The notes under the pieces were generated by a model. The model was not told where the DNA came from. It worked only from the letters and a program-made list of their open reading frames with translations, and searched no databases. A DNA stretch of 64,000 bases from an uncultured archaeon (GTDB lineage Archaea; Asgardarchaeota; Thorarchaeia; Thorarchaeales; Thorarchaeaceae), in assembly GCA_964558645.1 (NCBI GenBank), contig CAZLEV010000014.1, positions 1-64,000 on the forward strand. Direction: 5' to 3'. Both the position numbers and the translations under genes were made by a program. Of the stretch, positions 6,828-14,048 are shown in pieces (position 1 is the stretch's first letter; the number at the start of each line of letters is the position of its first letter).

Positions 6828-8747
6828 GTGATATCGGTGGATAGAACGAAGATGCTGCATATGAACAGCTGGAAGTATCTTCTAATCACCATGATACTCA
6901 TTCTCCCACTTGGCCCATCTGACAGTGGCGTGGTCACTCACCTGACAGCAGGTACAGCAGTACTACTTGGCGATGGGTATCAGAGGACTATGGTCTCATT
7001 ATATACCCCCCACGGACCCATCACCATCAACGGGAATGCTGACTTCGAGGACCAGGGGTGGCCGGGGAGCGGGACAGAAGATGACCCCTATGTCATCGAG
7101 GGGCTGCGGATCATAGACAGCTCAACATGCATCACTGTCAGCAACACAGATGTCTACTTCGAGATAAGGGACTGCCTCATCTCGGCAGCTCTGCCGACCA
7201 GCAGCGATGGCATCGTCTTTGACAACGTGACCCATGGAACTGTGAAGGACTGCGTCATCGAGCTGCACGGGTACGGAGTGAGGTTCTCCTCATCACCGAA
7301 CTGCACTGTGGCGGACAGCATCCTATGGAGCAATGGATGTGGAGTCTTCATCGATCACTCAAGTGACTGCTTGGTGAAGAACAACACCATCAGCAATACT
7401 GATGGGAGTGGAATTGCCCTCTCGACACTTCGTGACTGTGTCATTGCGAATAACACCGTCCACAATGCTGGTTGGGCTGGAATCTCTGCCGGATTCGCCT
7501 ACAACTGCATCTACACAGCAAACACCGTCACAAACAGCTCACAATATGGGTTCTATGTTGACTACTCCAACGGGACCTTCACCAATAACAGAGCCATCAA
7601 TAGTCTAAATGGTTTCTACTTCTGGTATGGTTCGACATCTAGCATGATAGGCAATGCTGCCATTGATGCCACCGACTACGGCTTCTACTTCTTCTCCTAC
7701 AAGCATCTGATGATGGAGAAGAACAGAGCTATCTGCAATGGTCGGACGGGATTCTTGTTGGACGGTGATGAATGCACCCTGACCAGCAACGCGGCCATTA
7801 GTAACGGTGAGAGAGGTTTCCTATTGAGTGGCTCTGACTGCATGCTGATCAACAATACCGCTGCTGACAATGTCTGTGGCATCTGTCTAAGCAGATCCAG
7901 TCAGGATGTTTCGCTGTCTCTCAATCGGCTCTACGATAACACTCAGCACAATGCCGTGGACAACGGCACTGCGAATGCCTGGGACAATGGCACACACGGC
8001 AACTACTGGGACGACTATGATGGCGAGGGTGTCTATCTCATTCCGGGTTCGGCAGAGAGCATCGACAACCATCCCTACCGTATCGATAACATCCCGCCCA
8101 CGGTAGACAGTCCAGAAGATATCGCGTACGAGTACGGAACCACCGGGCACAACATCACATGGAACCCTGAGGACCTGAACCCTCACAGCTACGCTGTCTA
8201 TCGCAACGATACAGTGGTGAGAACGGGAGTCTGGAACACAAGCTCCGAGACCATCACCGTGTCTATCGACGGGCTGTCTGTGGGCAGCCATACCTTCACA
8301 CTCGCTGTGAGAGATATACTGGGAAATGAGGGGAGTGACATGGTGCTTGTCACCGTGGTGGACACAACACCACCCATGATCAGTCGTCCAGCAGACATCG
8401 AGTACGAGTATGGCACGACGGGACACACCATCACCTGGGTTGTTGAGGACCTCAATCCTCACAGGTATACTGTCTACCTCAGTGGTGTGCCGGTGAGAGC
8501 AGGGATGTGGAACTCGAGTTCTGAGACCATCACCATCTCCGTGGACGATCTTGATGCTGGCATCCACATCTACACCATCGTCGTGACTGATGCACACGGC
8601 AACAGCGTCTGTGACACAGTCATGGTGACTGTCGTTGACCCTATCATTCGGCTCCAGATGCTGTCCCTCATAGCGACCATTGTCGGAGGAACCGTCACCG
8701 CAGTATTTGGAACATTGATTGTTCTCCACCGTCGGAAGAAGGAATAA
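6828..8747 (+). CDS. Membrane-anchored surface protein: right-handed beta-helix (NosD/CASH-like) plus two Ig-like repeats
   Basis: GSGTEDDPYVIEGL lead-in, many NNT/I-x-N...GF/I repeats, GNYWDDY motif, two ~90-aa repeats (PP..PxDIxYEYGTTGHxITW), C-terminal TM helix followed by RRKKE. Confidence 0.9.
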   Translation: MISVDRTKMLHMNSWKYLLITMILILPLGPSDSGVVTHLTAGTAVLLGDGYQRTMVSLYTPHGPITINGNADFEDQGWPGSGTEDDPYVIEGLRIIDSSTCITVSNTDVYFEIRDCLISAALPTSSDGIVFDNVTHGTVKDCVIELHGYGVRFSSSPNCTVADSILWSNGCGVFIDHSSDCLVKNNTISNTDGSGIALSTLRDCVIANNTVHNAGWAGISAGFAYNCIYTANTVTNSSQYGFYVDYSNGTFTNNRAINSLNGFYFWYGSTSSMIGNAAIDATDYGFYFFSYKHLMMEKNRAICNGRTGFLLDGDECTLTSNAAISNGERGFLLSGSDCMLINNTAADNVCGICLSRSSQDVSLSLNRLYDNTQHNAVDNGTANAWDNGTHGNYWDDYDGEGVYLIPGSAESIDNHPYRIDNIPPTVDSPEDIAYEYGTTGHNITWNPEDLNPHSYAVYRNDTVVRTGVWNTSSETITVSIDGLSVGSHTFTLAVRDILGNEGSDMVLVTVVDTTPPMISRPADIEYEYGTTGHTITWVVEDLNPHRYTVYLSGVPVRAGMWNSSSETITISVDDLDAGIHIYTIVVTDAHGNSVCDTVMVTVVDPIIRLQMLSLIATIVGGTVTAVFGTLIVLHRRKKE

Positions 8748-8873
8748 TTGTAGGCCTCTGCGTTGGCTCAGCACCTGCGTTGCGAGTTTCGTCCCTGAAT
8801 ACCGGCAACGGGAGGGTTCCACATGGCGAAGGGGAGTGTACTGAGTATTCACAATCGGCTGCAATGATTGGTC

Positions 8874-8909
8874 AGAAGAAAGGAGTACTGGGCGGAGATG
8901 ACCGCCCAG
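8874..8909 (-). terminator. Hairpin plus pyrimidine tract after the intact DUF35 gene
   Basis: 8-bp stem CTGGGCGG/CCGCCCAG (8888-8909), then TACTCCTTTCTTCT on the minus strand. Confidence 0.7.
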
Positions 8910-8925
8910 ATAGTTCAAATCAAGT

Positions 8926-9585
8926 CTATTTCATGGTCTTGACCCATTCGAAGACCGGCTCGCAGAGCTCCTTGATCCGACGCTTCTCGTCGTTCATCGG
9001 GCTTGGCTCCCAGTCATCTGCCGGCTCAAAGTGCCAGTCGGTCACTGTGCCGCGACGAGTCTTCTTGTCGTGCCAGACCACCTTGACGGGCATGCCGAAC
9101 TCAGCATCCCACGGGTCGAGACCGCGGAGCTCGTTGGCTATAGCCACGTTGCAGCCGTCGACGACCACGTATGCGAGCACGAAGGGCAGGCGTTTCAATG
9201 AGCTCTTACCGCTCCAGCCCGCGATGGTGAATGTATGCACAGTCCCGCGCTGTGCGAGCTCAACCCATTCTGTCTTCTCGAGATTGCAATCCAGACGCCA
9301 GCAGTTCACCCTCGGCGGGAAGAACTTGTCACCGCACTTGGGACACTTGGTACCCCAGAACTCGCCGTCAACGAAGCCCTTGCCGAGCTTCGACACCTCA
9401 GCGAGTTTCCAATAGTAGAGCTGATCGTAGTGCAGGTAGACCTTGAACTGCTCCTCGGTGGGATCCCAGTCGTAGCCTACGAAATGGATGCCATCTTCCT
9501 TGACGTCGCCCCTGAACTCCTCAGAGTGCTTCTCAGCGTAGTCGACATCGCCAGGAGTCTTGTGTAGTCGTTTGTCTTCTACCAT
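8926..9585 (-). CDS. DUF35-type Zn-ribbon/OB-fold protein (thiolase partner)
   Basis: GTKCPKCG..FFPPRVNC...C, GTVHTFTI, PFVLAYVVVDG, GMPVKVVW. Starts 1 bp after the thiolase stop. Confidence 0.92.
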   Translation of the reverse strand: MVEDKRLHKTPGDVDYAEKHSEEFRGDVKEDGIHFVGYDWDPTEEQFKVYLHYDQLYYWKLAEVSKLGKGFVDGEFWGTKCPKCGDKFFPPRVNCWRLDCNLEKTEWVELAQRGTVHTFTIAGWSGKSSLKRLPFVLAYVVVDGCNVAIANELRGLDPWDAEFGMPVKVVWHDKKTRRGTVTDWHFEPADDWEPSPMNDEKRRIKELCEPVFEWVKTMK

Positions 9586-9586
9586 T

Positions 9587-10873
9587 TCACGGCCTCCTCA
9601 GAATGAAGTTCGAGATACTGGTCCCAGTACCTGCATGACTGTTCACAAGCCCGGTCTCTGCGTCCTTGACGTAGGTCTCTGAGCTCAAGTGTCTCTTCGG
9701 AGCAAGGTCATTCAAGTGGTACATGCACTCGATTGCGGACATGATACCTGTTGCACCGACCGGATGACCGTAACCCATGAGGCCGCCACCCACGTTGGTC
9801 GGGACCTCGCCGTCCATGAAGGTCTCCTTGTTTCGTATGAAATCATGGATGTTCTCCTTATCACACCAGTGGAGAGCCTTGTATATCTGGACCTCAGATG
9901 AGCTGAAGGCATCGTGGATCTCTGCAACATCGATCTCCTTGGCTGCCTTCTTGTACTCGATTCCAGCCATATCATATGCTACTTCACCAGAACGACGACA
10001 TGCCGCGAATTCCGTCATGTCAGGGTAGCCTTTTCCGTACATCTCGTTCCAGCCGGGGAAGTCAAGTCTGTCACCGGCACGAATGGTGCAACTGCTCAGT
10101 CCCGCACCATCTATACGCACATAGGTGTTAGGCGCGTGCTTCTTGGCCCACTCCTCAGATGTCACAAGTGCAAAGGCTCCACCACGACTCATCAGACAGC
10201 AGTCAAACTTCTTCAGCGGGTAGCTGATCAGCCTGCTCTCCATGATGTCGTCCACCGTGAGCTTCTTCTTGTAGTATCTCGAGTCTGGGTTGTTGTAGTC
10301 ATGACGATACCACTGTGAACGCTCGTTGTCAGCTGCGTAGTTCCTGTTCTTCATTGCAGCCAGAGCGAAGTCTTCCTCTGTGAGGTCGTGCTCCTTCATG
10401 AACTTGTACGCCATCGCTGCGTAGTAGATCGGATAGATTCCGCCAGCGAGTGCCTCGTAACGTGTATCTGAGGCGAGTGCAATGAACTCCGAACCCTGTG
10501 ATTGGGTCACATTGTCCATTGTCTCCCAGCCGTAGACCCCGACAACGTCGAAGAGTCCCGACTTCACCGCCATGAATGCTCCGTATAGAGCTGAACCTCC
10601 AGTATTTCCGCCGTTCTCGATTCGCACGTGGGGCAGACCAACCAGTCCTAGATGGTCATGCACAATCCATTCAGGACAGAGCTGCTTTCCAAAGTGCACG
10701 CTGAAATGCGAGTAGACCATGAACTCCAGATCCCTAAGAGTGAAATCTGGAATGTCATGCTGCGTTTCAACGATGCAGTTGGCAGCCATGGCCTCTGGGG
10801 TTATATGCATTGGATAACCAAAAGGAGTTGCTGCGCCACCTGCGATACATACATTCCTAGTCATTCGTATCAC
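9587..10873 (-). CDS. Thiolase-fold protein (SCP2/archaeal type), lacking the N-terminal catalytic Cys
   Basis: EIHDAFS, NVGGGL..GHPVGATG, DCCLMS. ENGGNTGG stands where ENACASG is usual. Confidence 0.9.
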   Translation of the reverse strand: MIRMTRNVCIAGGAATPFGYPMHITPEAMAANCIVETQHDIPDFTLRDLEFMVYSHFSVHFGKQLCPEWIVHDHLGLVGLPHVRIENGGNTGGSALYGAFMAVKSGLFDVVGVYGWETMDNVTQSQGSEFIALASDTRYEALAGGIYPIYYAAMAYKFMKEHDLTEEDFALAAMKNRNYAADNERSQWYRHDYNNPDSRYYKKKLTVDDIMESRLISYPLKKFDCCLMSRGGAFALVTSEEWAKKHAPNTYVRIDGAGLSSCTIRAGDRLDFPGWNEMYGKGYPDMTEFAACRRSGEVAYDMAGIEYKKAAKEIDVAEIHDAFSSSEVQIYKALHWCDKENIHDFIRNKETFMDGEVPTNVGGGLMGYGHPVGATGIMSAIECMYHLNDLAPKRHLSSETYVKDAETGLVNSHAGTGTSISNFILRRP

Positions 10874-11261
10874 GTTTTCCTAGTTTCGCCCTCTCCGAAG
10901 AGATGGCCGAGAATATCACGCCGCTTCCCGCGGTACTACTTATACATTACCGTTCATAAGGAGTAGCGCTCTTTCCGATGCCAGAGGGGTCTTTCGAATG
11001 CCAGCATAGGAGCTGACCTAGAAGAGTAACAATATTGACCCCATACTCCAGCCAGTGACTGAGAGCTGGTTGCGCGCACACCATCACTGACTGCGACAGA
11101 GGCCATCCAGTGGAGTCACTAGGGGGACAACACTCCTGAGTCAAAGACCGTTGAAGCAAATGATCAACTGACTCCTCGCGACAGCTGGCCAAGCTGATAA
11201 TCGACAGAACCGGTGCTAGCCGTAAGACTTCTATCCTACGTAGTACACTCAGGTTTCAAAG

Positions 11262-11693
11262 GTGATCGAAGTGCCATTCTTTGAGAGCTCGGAACAACTG
11301 AGAGATGTGTTTGAAGAATTCTGGAAACGTGCAAAAGAAAATGAGGAAGTCATGGAGAAGCTTGAGAAGTCAGGGATTGTCGTAAGGTTCGACATTGAAC
11401 AACCCGAACTCCACGTTACAATCGACTTCAAGAATCCAGGTCCAGAGGGTGAACTGGGCACTCTATCATTTGACAGTGATGTTGAACCCGAGATTGCTGT
11501 CTGGAGCACATCAGAGACCACAAACAAGTTCTGGCAGGGAAAGCTTAACACAACCATAGCCATGGCAAAGAGAGAAGTCAAGATGGAGGGGTCCATTCCC
11601 AAGGCACTGGGACTCCTATCTAAGATTAAGCCGCTCTTCAAGGTGTTTCCAGAGGTCCTGCGGGACAAGGGTCTTGACCACATGATTGTGTAG
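11262..11693 (+). CDS. SCP2 sterol/lipid-binding domain protein
   Basis: FWQGKLNTTIAMAKREVKMEGS is the SCP2 C-terminal pattern. Divergent from the thiolase. Confidence 0.85.
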   Translation: MIEVPFFESSEQLRDVFEEFWKRAKENEEVMEKLEKSGIVVRFDIEQPELHVTIDFKNPGPEGELGTLSFDSDVEPEIAVWSTSETTNKFWQGKLNTTIAMAKREVKMEGSIPKALGLLSKIKPLFKVFPEVLRDKGLDHMIV

Positions 11694-11717
11694 AGAAACT
11701 GTGAGGACTGAGGAGAA

Positions 11718-12680
11718 GTGAATCATCTTCAACCTGTAGACAGACTTGAGATTGTGATCTTAGTTGACAACTCCGTCTGCCACAAGCAGACCACGGCCCC
11801 GGTAGTCTCGCCGGCATCTGAATGGATGAATCTGCCCGAAGGTATCGAACCGAACCTGCGGTCAGGGCATGGACTTGCGCTCTTGGTGAAGACAGAAGTT
11901 GATGATAAAGCCCATCAGGTGCTGTATGATACTGGACCGTCGAAGGAACTACTCCTGCACAATGCGTCCGAGTTAGGGATTGACCTGGAGCAGATCGATG
12001 CGATTGCAGTCAGCCATGGGCACTGGGATCACATGGGCGGTCTCCTCGGGGCGATAGAAACCATTGGTAAGCCAGACATTCCTGTCTACGTCCATGAGGC
12101 CATGTTTCGAAAGAGAGGTGTTGAGCGCAAGTTCCTGTTCTGGAAGAGAAACCGAGAGTTCTCCAGAGTTCCAACAGAACAGGAGATTGAGAGTGCAGGC
12201 GGTAGGCTTGTCTATAGCCCCAATCCAACGCCCCTTGCCGATTCCACCCTTGTGACAGGAGGAGAGATTCCCCGCACTACTTTCTACGAGAAAGGCTTCC
12301 CGGGACATAGGGCATTCATCAACTCGGAATGGGTGGAGGATGAAGATGTGATTGATGATAGCTGTTTGGTGGCACATGTCCGTGAGCGAGGGATAGTCAT
12401 AATGGCAGGATGCAGTCACGCAGGTGTTGTCAACATCACTCGTCATGCCGCAAGCATAACGGAGGAGAACGAGATTCTCAACATCCTTGGTGGATTTCAT
12501 CTGGAAGGCAAGAACGAAGACAGGATAGATCCAACAATCTCGGACCTGCAAAAGCACAGACCACAATACATTACGCCCATTCATTGCACAGGATCAAAGG
12601 CACAGAAGGAGATGCAAAGTAGCTTCGGGGACAGGTACATCAGGGGATGTGTAGGAGACCGTTTCGTGTTCGACGCCTGA
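11718..12680 (+). CDS. Metallo-beta-lactamase-fold hydrolase (MJ0301/COG1237-like)
   Basis: HGLALLV, LYDTG, SHGHWDHMGGL, GCSHAG, GGFHL, HCTG. Confidence 0.9.
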   Translation: MNHLQPVDRLEIVILVDNSVCHKQTTAPVVSPASEWMNLPEGIEPNLRSGHGLALLVKTEVDDKAHQVLYDTGPSKELLLHNASELGIDLEQIDAIAVSHGHWDHMGGLLGAIETIGKPDIPVYVHEAMFRKRGVERKFLFWKRNREFSRVPTEQEIESAGGRLVYSPNPTPLADSTLVTGGEIPRTTFYEKGFPGHRAFINSEWVEDEDVIDDSCLVAHVRERGIVIMAGCSHAGVVNITRHAASITEENEILNILGGFHLEGKNEDRIDPTISDLQKHRPQYITPIHCTGSKAQKEMQSSFGDRYIRGCVGDRFVFDA

Positions 12681-12755
12681 TAGCAAAAGTATATTAGGCC
12701 ACAGCGATTGTGTACTATTGTTAAACTTAACTATAATGAATACAGCGTGATTACA

Positions 12756-12962
12756 ATGGCACAGACGATCACTAAAGAAATGGGTATATCCGAAGTAGTA
12801 ATGAAGTGGCCAAAGACAGCCAGAACATTCATGGAATGGGGCCTACACTGCGTGGGGTGCATGGCTGCCAGATACGAGAATATCGAGCAGGGTGCAACTG
12901 CACACGGTATCGATACGGACAAGCTTGTAGATGCGCTGAACAAGACCGTGGAAGAAGAATAG
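12756..12962 (+). CDS. DUF1858 / hybrid-cluster-associated redox disulfide domain protein
   Basis: ITKEMGISEVV..WP, GLHCVGC, ENIEQGA.AHGID..LV.ALN. Confidence 0.88.
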   Translation: MAQTITKEMGISEVVMKWPKTARTFMEWGLHCVGCMAARYENIEQGATAHGIDTDKLVDALNKTVEEE

Positions 12963-12963
12963 T

Positions 12964-13818
12964 CTATTCATCATTGGGCTTGACCCGTCCGTACAGACGG
13001 CCTGATTCCTCCTCAGACATCTCGAAGCTGTGATTAGAGTCGGGGAAGCTCCCCTTCCTAACGTCATCAGAATATTCTTGCACTGCTTTGACTATCACGC
13101 TTCGGATGTCTGCATATTTCTTCACGAACTTTGGTTTGAACTCTTCAAACAATCCCAGCATGTCCCATAATACCAAGACCTGTCCGTCACAGTGAGGCCC
13201 TGCGCCAATACCAATAGTTGGAATGGTAACAGCCTCTGTGATGAGCCTTGCAGTCTCGCTGGGAACGAGTTCAATCACCAGAGAAAATGCGCCGGCTGAT
13301 TCAAGGTCTTTTGCCTGTTCCACAAGAAGTTCGGCCTTGTCTGCTGTCCGCCCCTGTACTCTATAGCCACCAAGCTCGAAGATCGACTGTGGCGTCAAGC
13401 CTATGTGACCCATGACAGGTATACCTGCGTCCACTATGGCCTCAACCGTAGGCAGCACTCTCCCTGCCCCCTCAATCTTCACTGCTTCAGCACCGCCTTG
13501 TTGCAGCATACGACCACAGTTCTCAAGAGCCTGTTCTATGGAGACCTTATAGGACATGAAAGGCATGTCTCCGACAATCAACGATTTTGGCCCGCCACGT
13601 TTCACAGCTGCACAATGGTGGATAACGTCCTCAAGGGTCACAGGGATTGTGCTTTCGTAACCCAACAGTGAGTTCCCCACGGAATCCCCCACAAGGATGA
13701 TGTCAACACCGCATTCGCTCAGTATCTTCGCTGTGGGAGCGTCATAGGCTGTGAGCATCACAATCTTCTGACCCTTTTCTTTCATCAACTGAATCTTGTG
13801 AGTCGTCTTTCGCGCCAA
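12964..13818 (-). CDS. panB: 3-methyl-2-oxobutanoate hydroxymethyltransferase
   Basis: MLTAYD, ILVGDS, GDMPFMSY, AVKIEG, GHIGLTPQ, IGIGAG..CDGQVLV. TTG start inferred at 13818. Confidence 0.97.
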   Translation of the reverse strand: MARKTTHKIQLMKEKGQKIVMLTAYDAPTAKILSECGVDIILVGDSVGNSLLGYESTIPVTLEDVIHHCAAVKRGGPKSLIVGDMPFMSYKVSIEQALENCGRMLQQGGAEAVKIEGAGRVLPTVEAIVDAGIPVMGHIGLTPQSIFELGGYRVQGRTADKAELLVEQAKDLESAGAFSLVIELVPSETARLITEAVTIPTIGIGAGPHCDGQVLVLWDMLGLFEEFKPKFVKKYADIRSVIVKAVQEYSDDVRKGSFPDSNHSFEMSEEESGRLYGRVKPNDE

Positions 13819-14048
13819 GGCTATTTCATCCGAGTAAGACTGACTCTGACGGTTATATATAGAGTTCCCATAGTAGATATGAAGCGTATACAGAATACAT
13901 AGATACATCAACCTTAGACTCTTAACAGGTCATCTGTGGGAGTATATCTTCCGTCTGTGTGGCGCCTCAGAACTCTCAACATCAAGGAGCGAGGGAACCA
14001 AGCCGACCATGGTCAAGGGAATCTGGACCAACATCAGCCATGTATGCT

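Noticed and set aside
8085-8640. Tandem ~270-bp repeat as a mobile or regulatory repeat
   Set aside because: It is an in-frame duplication of an Ig-like domain within the surface protein.
7887-8918. Long antisense ORFs (7887..8918, 8780..9415, 4497..5162, 11973..12584, 44280..44942 and similar)
   Set aside because: They are shadow frames of well-supported genes on the opposite strand, with no motifs of their own.
2358-8991. Diversity-generating retroelement template/variable repeats
   Set aside because: Differences between copies are silent and not adenine-specific, and no reverse transcriptase is present.
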